A stretch of DNA of 40,576 nt from Chiloscyllium plagiosum (taxonomy: Eukaryota), in the NCBI RefSeq assembly GCF_004010195.1, contig NC_057754.1:2841089-2881664 (forward strand). The letters are read 5' to 3'. Shown here piece by piece: positions 22,905 to 33,376 of this stretch. The notes below the pieces were generated by a model. The model saw nothing but the letters and a program-made list of their open reading frames with translations, was not told the DNA's origin and did no database searches. Position 1 is the first letter of the stretch. Each line of letters opens with the position of its first letter. Made by a program: the position numbers and the translations under genes.

Positions 22905-23175
22905 ACTCATCGAGTCATACAGCACAGGAACAGACCCTTCGGTCCAACTCGTCCATGCTGACCAATTTTCCCAGACTAAATTAGTCCCGGTGTTTGGCCC
23001 ATATCTCTCCAAATCTCTCCTATTCATGTATCTGTCCAAACTTCTTTTAAATGTTGTAATAGTATCTGCATTTGTCTCTTCCTGTAGCAATGTACGAACC
23101 ACCCTCTTTGTGGAAAGGTTGTTTCTCAAGTCCCTTTTAAAACTTTCTCCTCCAACTTAAAAACATGCCTCCTAA
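22905..23175 (-). mobile_element. CR1 3' fragment
   Basis: gagtcatacagcacaggaacagacccttcgg...; ORF contains ITTFKRSLDRYMNR. Confidence 0.8.
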
Positions 23176-23267
23176 AGGTATGGCCAGAATTGTGTGCAGT
23201 TATCCAGTTGTGGTCTAACCACACGGCTTCACTAATTCAACGTTGTTTCCCAGTCAATGACTGTCTT

Positions 23268-23378
23268 TAGATTAGATTACTTTACAGTGTGGAAACAGGC
23301 CCTTCGGCCCAACAAGTCCACACCGACCCACCGAAGCGCAACCCACCCATACCCCTACATTTACCCCTTACCTAACAC
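23268..23378 (-). mobile_element. HE1 SINE 3' fragment
   Basis: tagattagattac...gtgtggaaacaggcccttcggcccaacaagtccacaccg is nearly identical to 30800-30910. Confidence 0.85.
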
Positions 23379-23472
23379 CTGATGAAGGGCTTTTGCCCGA
23401 AACGTCGATTTTCCTGCTCCTTGGATGCAGCCTGAACTGCTGTGCTCTTCCAGCACCACTCTAATCTAGACT
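23378..23472 (+). mobile_element. Penelope-like pLTR fragment starting at an intact hammerhead core (23379-23406)
   Basis: C-CUGAUGA-A-GGGC(UUUU)GCCC-GAAAC-GUC-G; the 5' arm of stem I is largely replaced by SINE sequence. Confidence 0.78.
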
Positions 23473-24043
23473 TTCTTCTTTACCTGCTCACCTGCCATTA
23501 AAGTGACCTCAGTTTTATTGAATGGTGAGGAACAGATTCAAAGGGCTGAATGGCCTGCTCCTGTCATGTGTTTACTATCGATATTGATGAGTTGGATGAA
23601 GGGACCAACTATATTGCAGCCAAATATACTGACAACTGAGAGGTAGGTGGTCAGGTAAGTAGTGAGGAGGGCAATTAGATTAAATGGGCAAAAGATTTTG
23701 ACAGAGTGAAATGTAGGAAAATGTGTGACGTTATCCACATTGGTTCAGAAAATAGAAATATCAGATCTGATTGTACGGAGACAGCTTACAGAACATTGTG
23801 GCACAGGTGTGGATCTGGGTTGTTATTTTTCCTACAGGATGTAGACATCACTGACTAACATTTATTGCCCACTCCTTGTTGGAGAGAGTTGGTGGTGAGC
23901 TGCCTCATGACCTGCTGCGTTCCTTGGGATATATCTACACCTCAGCGCTGATAATTGAGAGTAGACTGATGGTCAATAACAGGCAGGGTTAGATTTGAAC
24001 AGCATATCACATACCTGGGCTAGTTTCCACAATGTGGGATAGA

Positions 24044-24368
24044 TCATAGAATCCCTACAGTGTGGAAACAGGCCCTTCGGCCCAATAAGTCCACACCCAC
24101 CTTCAGAGTAACCCACCCAGACCCATTCCCCTACCCTACTATTGTCCATTTACCCCTGACTAATGCACCTAACCTACACATCCCTGAACACTATGGACAA
24201 TTTAGCATGGCCAATCCACCCTAATCTGCACATCTTTGGATTGTGGGAGGAAAACGGAGCACCCAGAGGAAACCCCGCATAGACAGAACATCTAAAATCC
24301 ACACACACAGTGGCTTGAATCGAGGCTGGGTCCCTGGCGCTGGGAGGCAGCAGTGCTATCCACTGCCA
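24044..24368 (-). mobile_element. HE1-type V-SINE
   Basis: Colinear with other HE1 copies. Confidence 0.85.
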
Positions 24369-24896
24369 GTGTTATAGCTGTGCTGGAATGGTTCTGGAGC
24401 ACTAGTCTTCAGTGCTATTGCTGAAATGTTGTCAGAGCCTACAGCCTTTGCAATATCATCTTCAATCGTTTCTTGATATCACGTGGAGTGAATCAAATCG
24501 GTTGAAGTTTGGCATGTGTGTTGCTGGAGATCTCAGGAGATTAAGCTGGATCATCCACTGAATACCTCCGGCTGAAGATGGACGCATGTAATTGTCTTTT
24601 GTCGAGACGCGTTGGTTTCCTGCATTGTTGAGGATTGGGGTATATGTGGGGCCTACGCCTGATGTCAGAGGTGTAATTGTTCAGCACCATTTGTGACTGG
24701 ACGTGCAGAACAACACAGCTTAGGTCAGGTCAGTTGACAATGGGATTGTTTAGCCTTCCCTATCCCATATTGCGGTTTGGCAAGCAAGAAGTTTTGTACT
24801 GTAGCTTCACCAGGTTGACCCCTCACTTTTAGTTACTCGTGGTGCTACTGACGTGCTGTAATGCACTCTTCTTTGAAATAGGGTTGATCTCCTGAC

Positions 24897-24987
24897 TGAA
24901 AATGTGTTGCTGGAAAAGCGCAGCAGGTCAGGCAGCATCCAAGGAGCAGGAGAATCGACGTTTCGGGCATGAGCCCATCTTCAGGAA
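24897..24987 (-). mobile_element. Penelope-like pLTR fragment with intact hammerhead (24954-24987); TSD TGATCTCCTG
   Basis: Minus: AUUC-CUGAAGA-U-GGGC(UCAU)GCCC-GAAAC-GUC-GAU; tgatctcctg at 24885 and 24988. Confidence 0.82.
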
Positions 24988-25469
24988 TGATCTCCTGGCT
25001 GGATGGTAATGGTAGAGGGGAGCCATAAGTTGCAGGTTGAGGTTGAACACAATTCAAGAGTGCTTTTGTACATAAATCACTTAACGTTAGAACGCAAATA
25101 CAGCAAGGCATTAGGAAGACAACTAAACCGTTAACCTTTACTGCAAGGGGGATGCAATATAAAGGTGAGGAAGCTTTGCTATAAGCTGTATGTGGCACCA
25201 GAACACTGCAGGTTTGGTCTGATTTCAGCAGGGTTGTACCTGCATTGTATATGACGCAGAGAGGGTTCATGAGGTTGATTCCTGGGATGAAGGGACTGCC
25301 TTACAAATTCAGCCGCATGAGCTCAGAAAAACGAGGGATAATTTTCAATTGAAATTTATAAGCTTCTGAACAGCCATGATAAGGGAGAGAATTACAGCTT
25401 AGTGGTATTATCCTTGGACTGTTAATCCAAAAAAAAAAACACAAGGACCTATAAAATTAAAAGCAGGGC

Positions 25470-26032
25470 CATGGATAGTGTAGAAGAGGCGTTCAGGTAC
25501 ATAATTCTTTGAAGTTTGCATCACATGTAGACAGAGTGGTTAAAACGGCAGTTAGCACATTTGTCTTCATTGCTCAGACCTTTTGAGTATAGGAGTGAAG
25601 ATGTTATGTTGAGGTTGTACACAACGTTAGTAACACTTCTACTGTGTCCAGTTCTGGTCACACTATTATAGGAAGGGTATTGTTCAGCTGGAGAGGGTTC
25701 AGAAAAGATTTACCAAAATGCCGCTGGGTATGGGAGGTTTGAGTTATAAGGAGAGGCCGGATAGACGGACGGTTTTTCACTGGAGAGTAGGAAGGTCGAG
25801 AGGTGACGTTTTGAGATTTATAAAATCATGAGGGGTACAGATAAGGTGAATGGGAGGTGTCTTTTCCCGAAGGGGAGGGATTTCAAAACTACATGGCATA
25901 TTTTTAAGGTGAGATGACAAAGATTTTAAAAAAGACACGAGGGGCAGTGGTTTTCCAGAGGGTGGTCAGTGTGTGGAATGAACTTCCAGAGGAAGTGGTG
26001 GATGCGAGTACAGTTACAGTGTTTAAAAGACA
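25470..26032 (+). mobile_element. CR1 ORF2 C-terminal fragment lying inside a tRNA-derived SINE (head ~25395-25430, tail ~26033-26150)
   Basis: FQRVVSVWNELPEEVVDA; the flanks match the SINE at 39108-39435. Confidence 0.75.
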
Positions 26033-26685
26033 TCTGGCCTACGTGTCACTCCAGACCCACAGCAGTCGGGTTGACTCTCAACTGTCCTGTGGACAATAAA
26101 TGATGGCCTCTGCATAAATGTCCTCACCCTGTCAATGAATCAAATAAAATCACAGGAAGGATGCTGAAATGTTTCTCACTGTGCCACCTCTCCAACACAG
26201 ACAGTTTTATAATGGTTTTACCTTTCAGATAGAACGGAAGTTTCTTCCTTGAGGGTTATGGATCATTGGAATTGCCAATTTAAGAAAGCTGCTCAGGTAC
26301 TGAATAAATTCAAGGCTGAGATGGAGAGATAGGAGTTGAAGGTTGTGGGGATCTAGCAGCAACATGGAGTTAGGCTCGAGATCAGATCAACCATTATCTC
26401 ATTGAGTGGCAGAACATACTCAGAGGCCAAACCTTCCAACATACAGGTCAGACTGTAATGCTTTCCTTGATGGACATCATTAAACCAGATGAGGTTTTAT
26501 GACAATCCAGTAGCTTCAAATTTACCGTCACTGAGATTGTTCTTTGGTTTGAGATTTAACCAAAGTTAAATTTGCCAGCTGCCTTTTAAGCAGGATTTAA
26601 ACCCCTGGTCCTGATCATTGGGATTACTAGTCCAATAGGATACCCACACAGCTGCCATATCTATTTACTTCACCGGTATCCACTT

Positions 26686-26881
26686 TATGATTTAGAGATG
26701 CCAGTGTTGGACTAGGGTGTACAAAGTTAAAAAAGCACACAACACCAGGTTAATAGTCCAACAGGTTTAATTGGAAGCACGAGCTTTCAGAGAACCACCT
26801 AATGAAGGAGCGTCGCTCTGAAAGCTAGTGCTTCCAATTAAACCTGTTGGACTATAACCTGGGGTTGTGAGATTTTTAACT
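26686..26881. mobile_element. Fold-back Penelope-like element (two inverted pLTR fragments); TSD GTATCCACTT
   Basis: ~26725-26790 is the reverse complement of ~26816-26880; hammerhead core mutated (CUAAUGA); TSD at 26676-26685 and 26882-26891. Confidence 0.82.
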
Positions 26882-27239
26882 GTATCCACTTCAGTGAGAG
26901 CTCTGGCTGATTGACTCTCATTAGTGATGGTTTGTACATCAACATTACACGTGATTCACTTAGACCTTGCTGTGCTGCACTCCTTCAAAAATCCCTACCC
27001 TGCTCTGCCCATTCACCGCACAGAAATCCACACCCATATTCTCTGATCTACCCCTGTTCAACATGCACAGCTGAACACAATGAAATCTACTGTCCAGCCA
27101 AACTCACCAGGAAACAAAAAAAAACTTTTAAGCCAATTACATTCAAGCTAAAACTCCCTCTGCTGACACGCCCATCCTCTTTAACTGTGGCGGTGACTGT
27201 GAGGGGCTTAACATCTGCAGTTCATTGGGTTTAGTCGAG

Positions 27240-27530
27240 CATAAAATCCAGGAAAATGTCAGTGCTGAGTATGGGAGGTCACACTCAGAGACCCTGTCAT
27301 CCCAATGAGATGTTAAAACAAAGTGCTATCAGAGGAACAGAGCTTTCTTCTCTCTCAGTTCTGGGCTGTAGTTTATTGCTTAAACATCATCAGAAAAAAA
27401 TCTGGGTCATTGTCAGATTGCTATGGGTGGGAAGTTTGCTATGTACACATTGGCTGCTGCATCGTCCAAATTACAACAGTGACACCAATTCAAAAGCTGT
27501 AAAGCAAACTTTGAGCTGGTGAAAGATAGT
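27240..27530 (+). mobile_element. Degenerate Deu-domain SINE
   Basis: gagatgttaaaac...tctgggtcattgtcagattgct...ttgctatgtacacattggctgctgc...attacaacagtgac...gctgtaaagc. Confidence 0.6.
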
Positions 27531-28195
27531 CGAGTGTTTTTAAAAGAACTTAACTGAATTTGCAAATCATACAGGCCCTACCTGAAACCAGAATAGCCAG
27601 TATAAAGTGAAAGCAAGGTGCAGGGAAACAGTCAGCAATTGTAAACAAATGCCCTTTAGCAGAGGTTATCAGCCATTTTTACCCAGTCCGATCCAAATGT
27701 GACCAGGTCTATAGTACTGTAGTTGACTCAAAGGATCGAGTAAGCTGTCCAATTAAGATGGATAACAAATCCTGATCTTGCCAGAGATGACCACAACCAA
27801 TTGAAAAACTTAGAATAAGGCAATATCAGACAAAGAACAATTGACATAAATCAGAGAGAGATATTAGAGACCAAAAGGTACACCATAACGAGAGTGGGGT
27901 GGTGAGGGACTTCGAGATGGAGCCTTATGTAACTGAAGGCACGACCACCAATGGTGAAACAATGGGAATCCAGGGATGCCTGAAAGCCCAGGATTGGAGC
28001 TCAAAAATCTCAGAGGGGCTGAAGGTTACTAATAGGAGGGTCGAAGGAACGGATGAGCTTACAGATAGAGAGGGATCTCTGAGGTGACCGATTGGGAGGG
28101 ACAGAGGAGATTACTGAGATTAGCGAGTTTTCAGATTTGTAGCTCAGGTTGAGGTTCTGGATGTAGGTTTGCTAGCTGAGCTGGAAAGTTCATTT

Positions 28196-28235
28196 TCAGA
28201 CGTTTCGTCACCATACTAGGTAACATCTTCAGTGA
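28196..28235 (-). ncRNA. Minimal hammerhead ribozyme motif, intact
   Basis: UCA-CUGAAGA-U-GUUACC(UAGUAU)GGUGAC-GAAAC-GUC-UGA. Confidence 0.8.
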
Positions 28236-28263
28236 CTCTCCAGATGAAATTTCGCCTGGGGGC

Positions 28264-28303
28264 TCACTGAAGATGTTACCCAGTATGGTGACGAAACGTC
28301 TGA
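28264..28303 (+). ncRNA. Minimal hammerhead ribozyme motif, intact
   Basis: UCA-CUGAAGA-U-GUUACC(CAGUAU)GGUGAC-GAAAC-GUC-UGA. Confidence 0.8.
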
Positions 28304-28599
28304 AAGCAACCTTCCAGCTCAGCGAGCAAACCGACATCCAGAGATTAGAGAGATAGACAGGGGCGCAGGACTGGAGGTTACAGAGATAGAGAGGGGTGTA
28401 GATGGTTACCGAGCAAAGGGTATAGAGGTTGGAGGAGGTTAAATAGAGAGAAATTGTGGAACAATTTTGAAAACAATGAAATTCAAAACCAAGACACTGC
28501 ATTCTGGTATAATATGACTTACTTTCCTCTGCAACCTTGCACAATAGAAAAATACATCTGTTCAGTAGAAAGTTTGCGTCCACAATTCATCAATCGTCT

Positions 28600-29520
28600 C
28601 ATAGCCAATTTGCATTGATGAAACACATTATACCAGCATGACTTGTACTGCTTGACCAGGACCAGATGCGGTCGAGATAGTAAAAGGAAGAGAGTGCGGA
28701 ATGGGATTGGTTATGACTTGGGTAGTAGCTCACTATGACCAGTTTGATAGTGTTGGGAAAAAGGGGGCAGGGGGTGGAGTGATCATGGGACATCAGTATA
28801 GTTGTGTGCCGGAATAGGAAAGTCCAATAAACTGTGGCACAAGTTCAGCCAGGGCAAGGTGGAGTCCATTTTAAATGAGACACGAGCTGGGTGCTATGAA
28901 AGGGCATATTCAAAAGGAGCCAGAAAACTAAGGACACACACCGAGATGAGATGACCATGGTCTTAGACGGTGATGATATAGCCAGGTGGGGAGGCTTTAT
29001 CTAGGAAGGAGGAATCGTTACTCCTTAATCACTTTTCCATAAAGCTAACACCATTGGTGCACCCACCCACAATCAGCTTACAGATGGCAAGGAGCTTTCT
29101 CCGAGCGAAAAGACGATCTGGAGGGTGATGCAGAGTATGGCAGGATGGTGGGGTCAGCAGGAACTGACTTGCTGATAGAGGTCACAGGGTAAGCACCATC
29201 AGACAATGCGGTGGCCAGGAAAAAGACTGGCAAGAGTAGCCCTGGGCAAGTGAGAGAGTAGAGTGGCATAAAATTGGGCTGTGATACGGAAGGAGCCAGT
29301 GACAAGTGTTCCAATGGACCATTTTCTGGCCGAGAGGAGAGGACAGCCAAAAAATACCAGAAGGTTGGGAAATAGCTTCGGGAAGGAACTGTCTCCCACG
29401 AAGGAAGAAATGAGCGGAATTCTAATGGCAGAACAAGGGGGGGGGGGAAACAGGATCTGGCTCTGAAATGTTGTGAACATATATTGCTCAGGAGAGTAGC
29501 GTCTCTGGGCCAGTGAAGAC
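28600..29520 (-). mobile_element. Very old L2-like LINE RT-region relic
   Basis: Faint motifs in the expected order: LSSRPENGPLE (cf. SKPTTCPLD), DPTILPYSASPSRSSFRSEK (cf. DPxxLxNYRPISxLPFLSK), DHGHLISVCVLSFLAPFE (cf. DSGxxSxLVLLDLSAAFD). Confidence 0.45.
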
Positions 29521-29579
29521 GTGATTGAGTGTATTTGTTCAGGAAAGGCCAGAAAGACCCATTTTTCAGAAATCTCTCA

Positions 29580-30075
29580 AGACTGTTATGGGAAGGATAT
29601 TATTAAGCTGGAGGGGGTTCAGAAGACATTTAACCAGGAAATTGCTGGGAATGGAGGGCTCAAGTTATGAGAAGTTGAATAGACTGGGACTTTTTTCACC
29701 AGAGCGTAGAAGGTTGAGGGGTGACCTTTAATAAAATCATGAGGGGGATAGATAAAGTGAATAGCAGGTATCTTTTCCCCAAGGTGGAGGCTTTCAAGAC
29801 ACGGGAACATATTTTTAAGGTGAGAGGAGAAAGATTAAAAAAGACTGGAAACTATTTTTCTTTTTGCATAGAGTGGTATGTGTGGAATGGACTTAGAGTT
29901 AAGTGTCGGATGTGGGTACAGCAACAATTAAAAGGCATTTGGATAAGTACATGAACAGGGAAGGTTTGGAGGGATGTGGGCCAAGTACAGGCATGTGGGA
30001 TGAGTTCAGTTTGGAGTTATGGTTGACATAGACTGGTTGGGCTGAAGAGTCTGTTTCCACGTTGTATGACTGACT
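29580..30075 (+). mobile_element. CR1/HER1 3' fragment
   Basis: YEKLNRLGLFSPERRRLRGDL; tail gtctgtttccacgttgtatgactg. Confidence 0.88.
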
Positions 30076-30249
30076 CAGAAGGAACCCAAAACAAGACTTC
30101 AGTCTAACATCACACTCGTATCTGCACAAATGCACACTCCTTCAGCACTGCCACAGAACGTCGGGCCCGATTACCAGCTTACAGGCTGAACCCACACAAC
30201 TGGCAGCAAGAAATAAAAGTGACAGTAGCAGCGATGGAATAAGTTTCTT

Positions 30250-30255
30250 TTTATT
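30250..30255 (-). terminator. EEF1G: Polyadenylation signal AATAAA of EEF1G
   Basis: tttatt on the plus strand, ~112 nt downstream of the stop codon. Confidence 0.8.
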
Positions 30256-30366
30256 CTGCATCTGTGATTTAAAAATAGCAGCTGGTGACATTGCCACGTG
30301 CACTGGGTGGGAACAGCAGCCTGGCGAAGGGGTTGGCAGGGCTGAACTGGCACAGAGTCTATTTGC

Positions 30367-30525
30367 TCACTTGAAGATCTTCCCCTGGTTGAAGGGCTTG
30401 CCCACATGCTTGAAATCCCCCTCCCACGCAAAGTATTCCTTCACCATCGTCCGGCACTCCTCGCTGTCAACATCCAGCTTCCGCCAGCTGTACGACTCGT
30501 AATCCACTTGCCAGTCAGGAGACAT
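30367..30525 (-). CDS. EEF1G: Elongation factor 1-gamma, last coding exon
   Basis: [52 protein letters not shown] matches the conserved EF1G C-terminus; acceptor ttttcctgttcAG at 30526-30527; TGA at 30367-30369; phase 0. Confidence 0.97.
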   Translation of the reverse strand: MSPDWQVDYESYSWRKLDVDSEECRTMVKEYFAWEGDFKHVGKPFNQGKIFK

Positions 30526-30799
30526 CTGAACAGGAAAACCAAATAAGTCAAGCACCTGACCCAACCATGGACAACCCACCCCTCAGTCCCTCGCGCCTGT
30601 TTTAAAAGGTACGAGATAGAGATCAGCAGCCCCTGCAATTATTGGAAGGGCTGTGAGCATCAGCATCAAAGGCAAGGCACTGAATTTCACACTAGACTGG
30701 ACACAGGCCGCAACCATAATTAGGGAGATACATCTCCTGGGTTAAAGTGAACGTCAATTACAGACTAATCGAAAGGCTAGAGTTTCTCAACTCTGATCA

Positions 30800-31106
30800 A
30801 GATTAGATTAGATTACTTGCAGTGTGGAAACAGGCCCTTCGGCCCAACAAGTCCACACCGACCCGCCGAAGCGCAACCCACCCATACCCCTACATTTACC
30901 CCTTACCTCACACTACGGGGAATTTAGCACGGCCAATTCACCTGACCTGCACATCTTTGGACTGTGGGAGGAAACCGGAGCAGCCGGAGGAAACCCACGC
31001 AGACACGGGGAGAACGTGCAAACTCCACACAGTCAGTCGCCTGAGTCGGGAATTGAACCCGGATCTCTGGCGCTGTGAGGCAGCAGTGCTAACCACTGTG
31101 CCACCC
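30800..31106 (-). mobile_element. HE1-type V-SINE in EEF1G last intron
   Basis: tRNA head with A/B boxes, V-domain and (TCTAA)n tail. Confidence 0.92.
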
Positions 31107-31489
31107 ACAAACTGCACACCTGGAGGTAACAGCCCTAGAAATTTCAAGGATTGGGAGATTTGGATCCAGTTTCCAAAACCTGCAGCCAATACTCTCATTT
31201 TCTCGGTTTTGTGGACCTCTGAGGTCCATGCATGGCACTGACTTCCAAAAGGAACCTTGGAAGCTACTCCACCAGAATGAAACCAAAGACCCAAGAGTTA
31301 AAAATCACCCTCATACACCTGGCTTGATCAGTTTCTTTGTATTGCCTCTATCAGATGAGGCTGCAATGCCAGCATCCTCTAGCACCCCCACAATCTTGCG
31401 AGCAGGCATTGGGTGCAATCAGGCTGCGCCAAAAAGCCCCATCACCAAGTACCAGCTGAGGCAGTGGGGACACTGCAGAAAGGTCATAC

Positions 31490-31614
31490 CGGGAAGGCCA
31501 GCTCGTGGCCACGGAACACCCAGATTCCAGAGATGCTGCTATCGTTGTTCCCTCCAAACAGAATCACGCTGGCGAAGGCGTTCTTGCGCAGCTTGTCCAG
31601 CCGTTGAAACATAC
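31490..31614 (-). CDS. EEF1G: Elongation factor 1-gamma, penultimate coding exon (125 nt)
   Basis: (G)[41 protein letters not shown]; acceptor tgtcAG at 31615-31616, donor GTatga at 31488-31489; phases join both neighbouring exons. Confidence 0.97.
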
Positions 31615-31624
31615 CTGACAACAG

Positions 31625-31921
31625 GATTAGATTGGATTAGATTCCCAACAGGGTGGAAACAGACCCTCCGGCCCAATCAGTCCACACCAACCCTCCGAAG
31701 AGTAACCCACACAGACCCATTTCCCTCTGACTAATGCACCTGACACTATGGGCAATTTCCCACGGCCAAATCACCTGACCTGCACATCTTTAGACTGAGA
31801 GGGGAAACCCACGCAGAAACGGGGAAAATGTGCAAACTCCACAGACAGTCGCCCCAGGCTGGAATCGAACCTGGGACCCTGGTGCTGCGAGGTAGCAGTG
31901 CTAACCACTGTGCCACCATGC
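31625..31921 (-). mobile_element. HE1-type V-SINE ending ~11 nt from the EEF1G acceptor
   Basis: Colinear with other HE1 copies; tail gggaatctaatccaatctaatc. Confidence 0.9.
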
Positions 31922-32339
31922 AATGAACCTTATTGTTACAAGTCAAAGCCCAGAAGGAAATCCAGACAAGCAGTAATTCAACAACGCATGAACAGAAACA
32001 GACCAATTACAAAAGAACAGAAAATTTAGTGAATGTTTAGTAGCACCTATGAATAAGTAATGTTTTTGACCTATCTGCTTCTCTGCCTCAGCGTCTCTAA
32101 TTTTCAGGCCCTAACTGTTGGCTGGTTGCACACACACTAACCATACCAGTCAGAATTAGCAGCGATGGTTGCCACGGAGGGCACTACATTACCAAAGGAA
32201 GCTAAAAGACTACAATCACACCAGCCTGGCCTTCTGATTTGAGTGGTACAGAAGCAATGGACCTCATTAGGTAGACTCGCTTCGACAGTAGCCTGCAAAA
32301 CCTCTGGACATTCCCAAACAGTTTTGGTATTTAATTGAA

Positions 32340-32584
32340 CAATACACATTGGCCCAGGACATGAGGGAGAACTCATCCTTCCTCTTCCAATGGTGGCCAT
32401 GGGATCTTAATAAATTGGCCAAACAGGGTGAATGGGGTTTAACGTCTCACCCGAAAGATGGAACCTGACAGTGCAGCATTCCTTCAGTACTTGCATTGAA
32501 CTGGATTGTGGGTTTAAATGGAGTCTGATTGGAACCACAACCTCTGACTTTACAGGCAATTGTGCAACTCGCTGAGTCACAGCA
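32340..32584 (-). mobile_element. tRNA-headed Deu-domain SINE (SacSINE1-like)
   Basis: Minus: gctgtgactcagcgagttgcac...agtcagaggttgtggttccaatc (A/B-box-like) then agtactgaaggaatgctgcactgtcagg..ccatctttcgggtgagacgttaaacc...aagatcccatggcc. Confidence 0.7.
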
Positions 32585-32725
32585 GATACCTAAACATTTA
32601 AAGTAAACTCTCTTAGAGGCCACCTAAGAAAGGAATTTATTTTCAGAGCATCAAACAACTTGTGCTGCTGTGCAATCAAGAGATAGGGGAGAATTGGCTG
32701 CTTTAGTTAGTAAAAAGACCCTTAC

Positions 32726-32898
32726 CCGAAATCAGGTTACAACTCATGAAGGCAAGGGTGAGTTCAGCTGGATATTTGTACTCGCCATACCAGATGGACC
32801 AGCCTTCCTTGTCAAAATGCTCCCAGAAGTGTGGCAAGGCAACAGATAAAGTGTCCTCGTTTGAGTATTTGCGTTTAAACTCATCCAGGATAAACGGG
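32726..32898 (-). CDS. EEF1G: Elongation factor 1-gamma, third-last coding exon (173 nt)
   Basis: [57 protein letters not shown](G); acceptor tttttcAG at 32899-32900, donor GTaagg at 32724-32725. Confidence 0.97.
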
Positions 32899-32935
32899 CT
32901 GAAAAAGGTCAAAAACACAAAACAAACATATTCAT

Positions 32936-33376
32936 ATAGAGTCACAGATGTACAGCATGGAAACAGACCCTTCGTCCAACCCGTCCACATATCCCAACCC
33001 AATCTAGTCCCACCTGCCAGCACCCTGCCCACATCCCTGCAAACCCTTCCTATTCAAACCTTTCCTCTGTGTGAAAAAGTTGCCTCGTAGGTCTCTTTTA
33101 TATCTTTCCCGTCTCACCCTAAACCTATGCCCTCTAGTTCTGGACTCCCCAATCCCAGGGAAAAGACTTTGCCTATTTACCCTATCCATGCCCCTCAATT
33201 TTGTAAACCTCTATAAAGGTCACCCCTCAGCCTCCGATGCTCCAGGGAAAACAGCCCCAACCTGTCCAGCCTCTCTCTATAGCTCAAATCCTCCAACCCT
33301 GGCAACATCCTTGTAAATCTTTTCTGAACCCTTTCAAGTTTCAAAACATCTTTTCGATAGGAAGGAGACCAGAAAT
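32936..33376 (-). mobile_element. CR1/HER1 3' fragment in EEF1G intron
   Basis: MRGMDRVNRQSLFPGIGESRTRGHRFRVRRERYKRDLRGNFFTQR. Confidence 0.9.

Larger units (their letters stand above)
28127..28345. mobile_element. Fold-back Penelope-like element with two intact hammerheads on opposite strands
   Basis: ~28157-28240 is inverted relative to ~28260-28342; related to the 13831-14550 family. Confidence 0.85.

Noticed and set aside
30367..30579. ORF-track start for the EEF1G C-terminal ORF (likewise 32703-33032)
   Set aside because: The N-terminal parts are intron or CR1 sequence; true boundaries are set by GT-AG sites and phase continuity.
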